Assembly: GCF_006345805.1 (NCBI RefSeq)
Contig: NW_021833180.1
Span: forward strand, 1-29,645
DNA from: Octopus sinensis
Lineage: Eukaryota
Length of the DNA: 29,645 nt
Reading direction: 5' to 3'
In this document: one piece after another, positions 1-10,312 of the stretch
Numbering within the stretch: position 1 is the first letter of the stretch
Layout of the letters: every line of letters starts with the position of its first letter
Notes under the pieces: generated by a model
What the model was told of the DNA's origin: nothing
What the model saw: only the letters and a program-made list of their open reading frames with translations
Database searches by the model: none
Translations under genes and position numbers: made by a program

Positions 1-260
1 CACATACACACACACACATATATATATATATGTATATATATATTATGTGTGTATTTATATACACACATACATATATATTTATATATATATATAGGTACAT
101 ATACATGTATATATTGATAGATTGAAAGATAAATAGAGAGATAGGTATGCATAAATATATGTATCTATCTGTGTATGTATGTTTGTACCTGTAAGTGTAT
201 GACTATATGTATCTATCTATGTATGTAAATATGAATGTATGTAAGTGTGAATGTATGTAT
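1..260. repeat. (CA)/(TA)/(TATG)-type compound microsatellite
   Basis: Directly visible low-complexity di- and tetranucleotide repeats. Confidence 0.9.
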
Positions 261-584
261 GTAAAGATTATTTGCCAACATAATGTGGCAGTCCTGGATA
301 GGATGATTGTTACTGTTGTTTAGCCTCAGGAAACGTTTCAAGCTGGCTATATGACACAATATCTGTGGCCTTAAATTTTCAAACAGGGGAGCTCAGCACC
401 CCCATCCAACACAAAGCAACGTCTGTGGATCGGTTTCTGGGTTATTGCTCTTTCTCAGCATAGAGTAACTGCTTGGCTAGATGGCGCTGCCGAATTCTTG
501 GGGGTAACTTTTGTTCCATCTACGAATACCACATTATGTTGGTTAATAGTCTTTAGTGTAAAGTACTGTTACTGAATATCTCTG
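261..584. mobile_element. Non-autonomous DNA element (MITE/HINE-like) with imperfect ~40-bp inverted repeats
   Basis: 261-302 gtaaagattatttgccaacataatgtggcagtcctggatagg is an imperfect reverse complement of 516-556. Segment 423-584 recurs at 1863-2034. No coding capacity seen. Confidence 0.6.
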
Positions 585-1249
585 AGAAATTTAGAAATAG
601 TAATGCTTCTCTGTATGTATGTATTTGTGGATATCCTTGAAATGGTCACTCCTCTCCTGATTGGAGGTGGCCGTATATCGCAGCCATTGCGATGTGATGA
701 ATGTATGGTGCCAAGTGGGCCACTTTTGGTAAGCAGAACTGGTGATGTAGAATGAACCGAACATTCAGCTAAGGTGCCCTAATCTTCACCCACTAGAAAG
801 GTAGGGGGGCTCCGAAAGGGGACTCAGGGAGTAGCGTCCCTGCCTTCCTGAGCTAGTTTTCCACCACATTTCTTAAAAATCGTGATAGAGGACTTGGTTT
901 CGGGACCATTCATGTCTAGAAACTGAGGTTGCAGGTAAGCAAGGACAAGCTGCCCATTAGAAAATCCAGCTCCAAAAAAGCCTCATGATAACAAAGGAGA
1001 ATGGGCACCAGCCAGCCCAAAGGTTGGGGTGGGCTGCACCCACCTACCTCGGTTGCTATGGCATTGAGGTAGATCCAGCCACCTCCGTTAACGGGGACAA
1101 AACCCAGATTTAAAATACTGGACGATGATGTGATGTTTGCAAAAGAGCATCATCATCATCAGCATCGTCATAAAAGCAAGGTTGTTCATTCCCATTATTC
1201 CACGGAAAACATGTCTGGCTCATGAAGAAACATAAACTTTTCCTGGAAA

Positions 1250-1389
1250 CAGCTGAGGGTTAGTGACAGGAAGGACATCTGGTCTAAGAAAATCGGCCTC
1301 AACAAACTCCATCTGACTCATGCAAGCATGGAAAAGTGGATGTGAAACTTTGATGTTGCTGCTGTTGATGATGATGTTGGTGATGATGG

Positions 1390-1424
<35 letters not shown>

Positions 1425-1440
1425 GTGATGATCATGATGA
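1250..1440 (+). mobile_element. SINE 3' portion with (GAT)n tail (diverged relative of family C)
   Basis: caagcatggaaaagtggatgtgaaac followed by (GAT)n resembles the tail ccagcatggaaagcggacattaaacgataatgatgatg at 12461-12506. Confidence 0.6.
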
Positions 1441-1441
1441 T

Positions 1442-1671
1442 GGCGAGCTGGCAGAAACGTTAGCAGGCCGGACGATATTCTTAGCAGTATTTCATCTGCC
1501 GCTACGTTCTGAGTTCAAATTCTGCCGAGGTCGACTTTGCCTTTCATCCTTTCAGGGTCGATTAAATAAGTACCAGTTACGCACTGGGGTCGATATGATC
1601 GACTTAATCCGTTTGTCTGTCCTTGTTTGTCCTCTCTGTGTTTAGCCCCTTGTGGGTAGTAAAGAAATAGG
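1442..1671 (+). mobile_element. tRNA-derived SINE family E (Nin/Deu-domain-like centre)
   Basis: Head ggcgagctggcagaaacgttagc...gagttcaaattc with A/B-box-like motifs. Centre ggtcgactttgcctttcatcctttcagggtcgattaaataagtaccag resembles the Nin/Deu SINE domain (recalled consensus). Homologues at 12868-13055, 22272-22500 and 23657-23828. Confidence 0.8.
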
Positions 1672-1862
1672 TATGTATATGTGTGTGTATGATGGTCTTC
1701 ATTATCATCATTTAATGTTTCCCATGTTAGCATGGGTTGGGCAACGATTCAACTGCATCCAGTAAGCCTAGGGGAGTAGGGGAGGGCCTGCGCTGAGCTC
1801 CAGCATCTCAGTTGTCATGGGTTCTACAGTCAGCTACCTGGAGAACCCGTGACAAAAGGTAG

Positions 1863-2034
1863 CTGTAGATCTGTTTCTGGGTTATTGCCCTTTCTCAGCA
1901 TAGAGTAACTGCTTGGCTAGATGGCGCTGCCGAATTCCTGGGGGTAAACAGCAGTAACTTTTGCCCCATCTAGGAATGCCACATTATGTTGGTAAATAGT
2001 CTTTACTGCAAAGAATTGTTACTGAATATCTCTG
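1863..2034. mobile_element. Second, partial copy of the 261-584 element
   Basis: High by-eye identity to 423-584, including the right inverted repeat ccatctaggaatgccacattatgttggtaaatagtctttac. Confidence 0.75.
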
Positions 2035-2175
2035 TACATATTTCAACACAGTTGAGGTCTCCAAGTAATTTGTAAGGAAAAAGAATTTACCCTTGACTGA
2101 GTGAAGTCGTGAAAGAGGAGCACAGGGGTTCATGCCAAGTGTTGAGAAGCTGAAGTGTTGTGGTGCACCTGAGGA

Positions 2176-2387
2176 CTCTCTTTTACTCTTTTACTTGTTT
2201 CAGTCATTTGACTGCGGCCATGCTGGAGCACCGCCTTTAATTGAGCAATTCGACCCCGGGACTTATTCTTTTGTAAGCCCAGTACTTATTCTATCGGTCT
2301 CTTTTGCCGAACCGCTAAGTAACGGGGACATAAACACACCAGCATCAGTTGTCAAGCAATGCTAGGGGGACAAACACAGACACATAA

Positions 2388-2435
<48 letters not shown>

Positions 2436-2618
2436 CATATATATATACATATATACGACGGGCTTCTTTCAGTTTCCATCTACCAAATCCACTCACAAGG
2501 CTTTGGTCGACCCGAGGCTATAGTAGAAGACACTTGCCCAAGGTGCCACACAGTGGGACTGAACCCGGAACCATGTGGTTGGTAAACAAGCTACTTACCA
2601 CACAGCCACTCCTGCACC
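2176..2618 (-). mobile_element. Full-length tRNA-derived SINE family A (CORE-like) with internal (TA)/(CA) tract
   Basis: Reverse complement of the head ggcgcaggagtggctgtgtggtaag...ggttcagtccc, the CORE-like ccttgggcaagtgtcttc and the tail gtcaaatgactgaaacaagtaaaagag. More than 10 homologues in the window. Confidence 0.9.
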
Positions 2619-2644
2619 TATACACTACTTTGCGCCTATACAAT

Positions 2645-2664
2645 AAGCACTGTATACAATAATT

Positions 2665-2717
<53 letters not shown>
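2645..2717 (+). mobile_element. SINE family D tail with (ATT)n; its 5' part lies at about 2100-2173, split by the family A copy
   Basis: The uninterrupted motif gtggtgcacctgagcactgtatacaataatttcattattatt is at 11517-11570. Here it is split between gtggtgcacctgag (ends 2173) and agcactgtatacaataatttc(att)n (from 2646). Confidence 0.65.
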
Positions 2718-2719
<2 letters not shown>

Positions 2720-3003
2720 AATATGACAGGTGTCTTGCTGTGGAGAAGTGCTACATGACTCCTCTCCATTACACAAGGTGGGTGGAGTGGCTGGAAAGAA
2801 GACAATGGAGCAATGTTTGTCGGTGTCTTACTATCTGTTGCCTAAAGCCAGAATTTCCTCCACAATGAACTGCAGTGAAAATGGATCTTTTTTACAGGTC
2901 AAATATGTCGTAAACATATTTGAAAAAGGATCTAAATGTTTGTTTAGTCACAACAATGCCTTCTTGCACCTACATATAAATATATTATGATGATGATGAT
3001 GAT

Positions 3004-3094
3004 AGTGTCTTCTGCTCTAGGCCCGGGCCGACCAAAGCCTTGTGAGTGGATTTGGAGACAGAAACTGAAAGAAGCCTGTCATATATATGTATAT

Positions 3095-3143
<49 letters not shown>

Positions 3144-3350
3144 CATTATATATATGTATGTGTGTGTATGTGTTTGTGTGTCTGTGTTTGTCCCCCTAGC
3201 ATTGCTTGACAACCGATGCTGGTGTGTTTACGTCCCCATCACTTAGCGGTTCGGCAAAAAGAGATTGACAGAATAAGTACTGGGCTTACAAAGAATAAGT
3301 CCCGGGGTCAATTTGCTCAAATGACTGAAACAAGTAAAAAAGAAAGAGAA
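3004..3350 (+). mobile_element. 5'-truncated SINE family A
   Basis: Matches 6900-7262 from agtgtcttctgct onward, with a short deletion near the tail. Confidence 0.85.
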
Positions 3351-3366
3351 GTGTGTGTGTGTGTGT

Positions 3367-3615
3367 GGAGGCACGTAGCTTAGTGGTTAGGGTGTCAGCA
3401 TCATGATCGTAAGATTGTGGTTTCGATTCCTGGACTGGGCGACGCATTGTGTTCTTGAGCAAAACGCTTCATTTCACGTTGCTCCAGTCCACTCAGCTGG
3501 CAAAAATGAGTAACGCTGCGATGGACTGGCGTCCCATCCACCTGGGGAACACATACGCCATGGAAACCGGGAAACCGGGCTCATGAGCCTGGCTAGGCTT
3601 TAAAAGGGCGCATTT
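3367..3615 (+). mobile_element. tRNA-derived SINE (head B, CORE-like centre, V-domain-like 3' part)
   Basis: A box tagcttagtgg and B box ggtttcgattcc. Centre shared with the 20394 and 28319 copies. gcgatggactggcgtcccatcca resembles the V-SINE central domain (recalled). Confidence 0.75.
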
Positions 3616-3719
3616 ATATTTTTATTATATATATATATACAGGGATGTATATACAGATATGTACACATACATGTATGTGCAATTCATTTGAAAAAGAGAA
3701 TTCAAATTTTATTTTCCAG

Positions 3720-3876
3720 TTCAAAATGGATGGTTGCAGGTGTTGGTGACATAATCCCACCGAATCAAAGCTACACTCACCCCAACTCTCCCATGAGTGG
3801 CTCATATATAATGAGTCAAGTGTTGTCATTTGAGAAGATCAAATTGACTAATCACAAAAGTCTGACACTAAATCAA
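3720..3876 (+). CDS. T-box transcription factor, T-box domain exon (first seen in window; gene is 5'-incomplete)
   Basis: Acceptor ttttattttccAG (3718-19), donor caa|GTGAGT (3877). Encodes xSKWMVAGVGDIIPPNQSYTHPNSPMSGSYIMSQVLSFEKIKLTNHKSLTLNQ, which aligns without gaps to the T-box SKWMVAG...YIHPDSP...SFDKLKLTN segment. Confidence 0.93.
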
Positions 3877-4002
3877 GTGAGTACAACATTTGTAGCCTCT
3901 CTTTTCTGCATGACTGTCATTTTGGTGGTGGGTGGGCAAGGGTGGAAATTATTATTCTTGTTCATGTTGATGTTCTTATTACTGTTATGGAATTTTGTTT
4001 AC

Positions 4003-4165
4003 TGGCAAGTGTCGCTGTGTGGCAAGAAGTTTGTTTCCCAAACATATAATTTTGCTTTCAGTCCCACTGTGTGACACCTTGAGCAAGTATCTTCATCTAC
4101 AGCCTTGTAACCAACCAAAGCCTTGTAATTGAATATGATAGACAGAAACTGAAAGAAGCTTGCCA
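4003..4165 (+). mobile_element. Degenerate SINE family A, 5' half
   Basis: gtcgctgtgtggcaagaag...cagtcccactgtgtgacaccttgagcaagtatcttc...gaaactgaaagaagc. Confidence 0.7.
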
Positions 4166-4259
4166 TGTCAAATTTATATATAGATTATAATATTTATATA
4201 TATATTATATATATATTATATATACAAAAATTTATATATATACTCAAATTTATATATAA

Positions 4260-4672
4260 CTCTTTTTACTTGTTTCAGTCATTTGACTGCGGCCATGCTG
4301 AAGCACCACCTTTAATCGAGCAACTCAACCCTGGGACTTATTCTTTTGTAGGCCCAGTACTTATTCTATCGGCCTCTTTTGCTGAACCGCTAAGTAATGG
4401 GTTTATAAACACACCAGCATTGGTTATCAAGCAATGCTAGGGGGACAAACACAGACACACAAACACACACACGCATATATATATATATATATTATATATA
4501 TATATATATACATATATACGACGGGCTTCTTTCAGTTTCCGTCTACCAAACCCACTCACAAGGCTTTGGTCGGCCCAAGGCTATAGTAGAAGACACTTGC
4601 CCAAGGTGCCATGCAGTGGGACTGAACCCGGAACCATGTGGTTGGTACACAAGCTACTTACCACACAGCCAC
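4260..4672 (-). mobile_element. Near full-length SINE family A
   Basis: Highly similar to 2176-2618. Confidence 0.9.
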
Positions 4673-4736
4673 CCCTCCTCCTCATCATCATCATCATTTA
4701 ATGTCTGTTTTCCATCCATATGTATATATATATATA

Positions 4737-4832
4737 CACTAGAAGACACTTGCCCAAGGTACCACATAGCGGGACTGAACCTGGAACCATGTGGTTGGGA
4801 AGCAAGCTTCTTACCACACAGCAACACCTATA
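4737..4832 (-). mobile_element. SINE family A head fragment
   Basis: agaagacacttgcccaagg...ggactgaacctggaaccatgtgg...ttaccacacagc. Confidence 0.8.
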
Positions 4833-5004
4833 TGTAGATAGATAAATAGATAGGTGGATGGATGGACGGATGGATGGTGGGCCAAAAGTCATGCACCATA
4901 GATTCAATATGCTCTGTAATTGTCAAAAACATGCTTCAACTTTTGTAAAATTGAATAAAATAAAAATAAAGACACAGGTACTTGTACAAGATGAATAAAA
5001 TGAA

Positions 5005-5470
5005 TCATCATCATCATCATCATCATCATCAGCATCAGCATCATCATCGCTTAACATCCATTTTCCATGCTGGCATGGGTTGAACGGTTTGACTAGGGTC
5101 TGGGAAGCCAGGAGGCTGCACCAGGCTCCAATCTGATTTGGCAGAGTTTCTACAGCTGGATGCCCTTCCTAACACCAACCACTCCAAGAGTGTAGTGGGT
5201 GCTTTTTTTACGTGCCAGAGGGGGCTAGCATCGACCATGATCGGATATGCTTTTTAAGTACCACCAGCACGGGAACCAGTCATGGCAGCACTGGGATTGG
5301 CAATGTTTGGATGGTACTTTTTAACGTGCCACCAGCGCAGAGACCACCACTACAATTTACATTCGATTTTGATTTTGATGTTGATGTTGATGTACTTGAC
5401 CGAATGGGTCTCCTCAAGCGCGGCAGGTCACCATACGATCCAAGGTACTTTTTGAGTGGGCTGGTAATGA
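5005..5470 (-). mobile_element. SINE family C with (CAT)n tail
   Basis: (cat)n-cgcttaacatccattttccatgctggcatgggttg...ctacagctggatgcccttcctaac...; homologues at 7621, 11926, 15420, 18994 and 27758. Confidence 0.8.
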
Positions 5471-5483
5471 ATAGTAATAATAC

Positions 5484-5486
<3 letters not shown>

Positions 5487-5514
<28 letters not shown>

Positions 5515-5642
5515 CACACACACATGCACACACACACACACATGCACACACACATACACACATACATGCACACACACACATACATACACATGCACACACA
5601 CACATATGCACACACATACACACACACACATACACATGCACA

Positions 5643-5707
<65 letters not shown>

Positions 5708-5712
5708 CATGC
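5487..5712. repeat. (GAA)n followed by (CA)n microsatellite
   Basis: Directly visible. Confidence 0.95.
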
Positions 5713-5844
5713 ATATGTCTTGGTGTCACCTTCTCTTGACATTGCATGATAGCCATGAATGAGCAGTACTGTTAGCGCAATCTGCTAGTTCCACACACAG
5801 CCAAGCGCCAACAGCATTGCCTTACACCACTGCTATCTTGCTCT

Positions 5845-6390
5845 CTGCTACCACCACCACCACCATCACCACCACCACCACCACCACCATCACCACCACC
5901 AACACCAACACCACTACCACCACCACTGCTTCCACGGCTACTACCACTGCTGCTGCCACCACCACCACCACCACCACAGACTCCACCACTACCACCACTA
6001 CCACCACCACTGCTACTGCTGCTACTGCTACTGCCTACCCCTACTACTATTATTACCACTAGAATACAGGCACCACTATGACAACCAACACAAACACCAC
6101 CATTGTGTCTACAACCAATACTATCTCTACTGATACCACCATGGCCCATTAACACTGAAACACATTTAAACAAGGTTGGACAGGGAAGTGTTAAAGGTCA
6201 AAGGTCAAAGGTTGGAAGTCGAAGATGTCAACATGTCAGTTGACATTATCTATCATATTGGGCGATAGCTGTCTCCTCTCCAGTACTGCTCCACACCCCC
6301 ACCCCCCCCTCCACCACCACCACCACCACCACCACCACTGCTACTGCCACTACCACCACTATTAGCAATAATCAGGAGTGGGTTCAAGTA
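5845..6390. repeat. (CAC/CTA/CTG)n trinucleotide tracts flanking a short unique island
   Basis: Directly visible; source of the poly-Thr/Val/Gly ORFs in the track. Confidence 0.85.
6195..6214 (+). promoter_or_regulatory. Tandem nuclear-receptor DR1 element (AGGTCA-A-AGGTCA-A-AGGTTG)
   Basis: Exact match to the DR1 consensus at 6195-6207 plus a third near-consensus half-site. Function not shown. Confidence 0.3.
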
Positions 6391-6820
6391 CTGACAAATG
6401 ACCATCTGCTTTTTGCTCCCCTCCCTGGATATATACACACACACAATGCACCCCATACATGCACACACATACAAACATACATATACACATACGTGCGCGC
6501 ATACACACACACACACAAGCACACACTTGCTATGTACATAACCCCACATACACCATCACTATATATGTACCATGGATTGGGCAAGCACCACTGCTCTCTC
6601 TCTCCGTTTCCCTCTCTTTATATATGTGTGTGTGTGTGTGTGTGTGCATCAGTGTGTGATTACAGTATCCAGTTCGCAATCATGAAGTAGCGAGTTCGAT
6701 TCCCAGACCGGACTGTTTGTAGAGTTCTTGAGAAATATATGTAGCATGTCAGTCTCATAGTCTAAAAGTGGCATTGAGCAATCTGAAGGTCATGTTGGAA
6801 AAACATGCTTTTATTTATAC

Positions 6821-7262
6821 ACGTAGGAGTGGCTGTGTGGCAAGTAGCTTGCTAACCAACCACATGGTTCTGGGTTCAGTCCCACTGCGTGGCATCTTGG
6901 GCAAGTGTCTTCTGCTATAGCCCCGGGCCGACCAATGCCTTGTGAGTGGATTTGGTAGACGGAAACTGAAAGAAGCCTGTCGTATATATGTATATATGTA
7001 TATATATATATTTATATATATATATATATGTATATATGTGTGTTTGCGTGTGTGTGTGTTTGTCACCCTAGCATTGCTTGACAACCGATGCTGGTGTGTT
7101 TACGTCCCTGTCACTTAGCGGTTCGGCAAAAGAGACCGATAGAATAAGTACTGGGCTTACAAAGAATAAGTCCCGGGGTCGATTTGCTCGACTAAAGGCG
7201 GTGCTCCAGCATGGCCGCAGTCAAATGACTGAAACAAGTAAAAGAGTAAAAGAGTAAAGAGT
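6821..7262 (+). mobile_element. Full-length SINE family A
   Basis: Head acgtaggagtggctgtgtgg through tail (gtaaaaga)n. Confidence 0.92.
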
Positions 7263-7453
7263 AGTTGTTCATTTAGCATCTAAAATCGCAGATGAATCTG
7301 CCAGTGGACAGTTTAGCTTAATGGTAATGCACTCAGCTGGAGTCTTGTCGGCAATAAAGAAATAAGAAAGCCATATTAGCAATATGGTTCCAATTCCTTA
7401 TTGATCCACTGCCTTTTATTTTTTTATCATCAAAGTTAATTTTTCCTTTGTAG

Positions 7454-7597
7454 ATCTCCTTGGTTTCAATGCAAAAATTCTGTCCTTGCATTCATCTTGT
7501 TGAAGTCATCAACAATGAAGTCTGTACCAACACTGAACACTGTTTCTCATTCACACAGACATCATTCATTACTGTCACTGCTTACCAAAATCAAGAA
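7454..7597 (+). CDS. T-box transcription factor, T-box domain exon (144 nt, phase 0-0)
   Basis: Acceptor ttttcctttgtAG (7452-53), donor gaa|GTAAGT (7598). Encodes ISLVSMQKFCPCIHLVEVINNEVCTNTEHCFSFTQTSFITVTAYQNQE, matching the T-box L.SMHKYQPR.H and FPET.F..VTAYQN motifs. Confidence 0.94.
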
Positions 7598-7620
7598 GTA
7601 AGTTCTATTCTATTTCTTTA

Positions 7621-7757
7621 TCATCATCATCATTATCATCATCGTTTAACATCCGTTTTCCATGCTAGCAAGAGTTGGACGGTTTGACTGAGGGTTGGAA
7701 AGCCAAGAGGCTGCACCAGGCCCCAATCTGATTTAGCAATGTTTCCATAGCAGGATG
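7621..7757 (-). mobile_element. SINE family C, 3' fragment
   Basis: (cat)n-cgtttaacatccgttttccatgctagc...ggctgcaccaggccccaatctg; begins 23 nt into the intron. Confidence 0.8.
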
Positions 7758-7959
7758 TTTAAAATTATGTTTAAAATTATGTTTAGAATTAAAGTTTTGA
7801 TAGGGGATTCTATAATGTAGTATTCCAACCATGCTTTGGGTATGTCCCCAGGAGTGTGCCTTGAGGGCACTTTCGGCTACCTTTCCTGATGTGATGTGAT
7901 GCACCTGAGCTCTGTATGTAAGAAGTTTGTTATGTCTAAGTATGAATTTGTTGTGCATA

Positions 7960-8331
7960 AATGTGTGTGTATGACAGAGAGAGGGAGGGATAAATTGGAA
8001 GAGAGAGAGAGAGAGAGAGAATATAAGAGAGGGTATGAAAGAGAGAGTGTGTGTGAGCATGAGTGTGTGTGTTTATAGAGAGAGGGAGGAGATGGAGAAG
8101 AAGAGAGAGTTTATGTGTGGGTGAGAGAGAGAGATTAAGAGCATGTGTGTGTGTGTGTATGTGTATGTGCTTACATATGTATGTATGTGAGAAAGAGCGT
8201 GTGTGTGAGTATGTGTGTTAGTGTGAGTATGTGTGTCAGTGTGTGTATGTTTGTTAGTGTGTGTATGTGTCTCAGTGTGTGTATGTATATCAGTGAGATA
8301 TAAATAGAGATAGCTATATGTGTGTATATGT

Positions 8332-8362
<31 letters not shown>

Positions 8363-10085
8363 GAGAGAGTTTGTGTATGTGAGTATGTGCATGAGAGAGA
8401 GAGAGAGAGAGATAGAAAGAGTGTGTGTACGTTTGTGTGAGAGAGAGTACATGTGTGTGCATGTGTACGTGACAGAGACAGACAGAGTGTGTGTGAGTGT
8501 ACATGTGTGAACGAGAGAGAATGTACTTGTGTATGTACGTATGTATGTATGTTTGTATGTATGTATGTATGTATGTGTGTATGTATGTATGTATGTATGC
8601 ATGCATGCATGTATGTATGTATGTATGTATGTATGTCTGTCTGTCTGTATGTCTGTATGTATGTCTGTCTGTATGTATGTATGTCTGTATGTATGTATGT
8701 ATGTATGTATGTATGTATGTCTGTATGTATGTATGTATGTCTGTCTGTCTGTATGTCTGTATGTATGTATGTATGTCTGTCTGTATGTATGTATGTCTGT
8801 ATGTATGTATGTATGTATGTATGTATGTATGTATGTATGTCTGTATGTATGTATGTATGTCTGTCTGTCTGTATGTCTGTATGTATGTATGTATGTCTGT
8901 CTGTATGTATGTATGTCTGTATGTATGTATGAGATGTATGTATGTATGTATGTCTGTATGAGTGTATGTCTGTCTGTCTGTATTGTCTGTTATGTATGTA
9001 TGTATATGTTGTATGTATGTATGTATGTATGTATGTATGCATGCATGCATGTATGTATGTATGTATGTATGTATGTATGTATGTATGTATGTCTGTCTGT
9101 CTGTATGTCTGTATGTATGTATGTATGTCTGTCTGTCTGTCTGTATGTATGTATGTATGTATGTATGTCTGTATGTATGTTTGTATGTATGTCTGTCTGT
9201 ATGTATGTCTGTCTGTCTGTCTGTATGTATGTATGTCTGTATGTATGTATGATGTATGAATGAATGTATGTATGTATGTTTGTATGTATGTATGAATGTA
9301 TGTATGTATGTATGTATGTATGTATGTATGTCTGTCTGTCTGTCTGTATGTATGTATGTATGAATGTATGTATGTATGTATGTATGTATGTATGTCTGTA
9401 TGTATGTATGTATGTATGTTTGTATGAATGTATGTATGTATGTTTGTATGTATGTCTGTCTGTATGTCTGTCTGTCTGTCTGTATGTATGTATGTATGTA
9501 TGTATGTATGTGTGTGTGTGTGTCTGTGTGTATGTGTGTATGTATGTATGTATGTATGTCTGTATGTATGTATGTCTGTATGTGTGTATGTATGTATGTA
9601 TGTCTGTCTGTATGTATGTATGTATGTATGTGTTTATGTATGTATGTATGTCTGTATGTATGTATGCATGCATGCATGTATGTATGTCTGTATGTATGTA
9701 TGATGTATGAATGTATGTATGTATGTATGTATGTATGTATGTATGTATGATGTATGAATGTATGTATGTATGTATGTATGTATGTATGTATGTCTGTCTG
9801 TCTGTATGTATGTATGTATGTATGTATGTATGTATTTATGTCTGTCTGTATGTATGTATGTCTGTATGTATGTATGCATGCATGCATGTATGTATGTATG
9901 TATGTCTGTCTGTCTGTCTGTATGTATGTATGTATGTTTGTATGTATGTCTGTATGTATGTCTGTCTGTCTGTATGTATGTATCTATGTATGTATGCATG
10001 TATGTATGTCTGTATGCATGTATGTATGTCTGTATGTCTGTATGTATGTCTGTCTGTCTGTCTGTCTGTATGTAAGTATGTATGT
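7960..10085. repeat. (GA)/(GT) tract followed by a ~1.55-kb compound (TATG)/(TCTG) tetranucleotide array
   Basis: Directly visible; explains all the long HTYI/MYVC ORFs. Confidence 0.97.
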
Positions 10086-10264
10086 ATAAGAAAGTGAAAT
10101 TTTCCAGAGCAGTCTATTGCGTAAATTCAACAGACTACCACACACTTCCCCACACTCCCCCACACCTGCAACGAGTTCTCTGACTCAGTCTGTCTGTCTG
10201 TCCGTCCATTTGCTTGTCTTTTGTCTGTTTTGCTCTGTGCGTGCGTGTGTGTGTGCGCGCGCGC

Positions 10265-10312
<48 letters not shown>

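Noticed and set aside
2730-2990. 86-aa ORF in unique sequence, considered as the missing upstream T-box exon
   Set aside because: No frame on either strand that I read shows EMIITK, RMFP or RYRY-like motifs; the upstream exon is probably 5' of the window.
5772-6173. Poly-Thr mucin-like and poly-Gly/Val ORFs
   Set aside because: Products of (CAC/CTA)n repeats; no credible splice or start context.
8073-10097. 604-aa ORF (8073-9887, minus) and many overlapping HTYI/MYVC ORFs
   Set aside because: They are translations of (TATG)/(TCTG)/(CA) repeats, which lack stops in several frames; no domain content.
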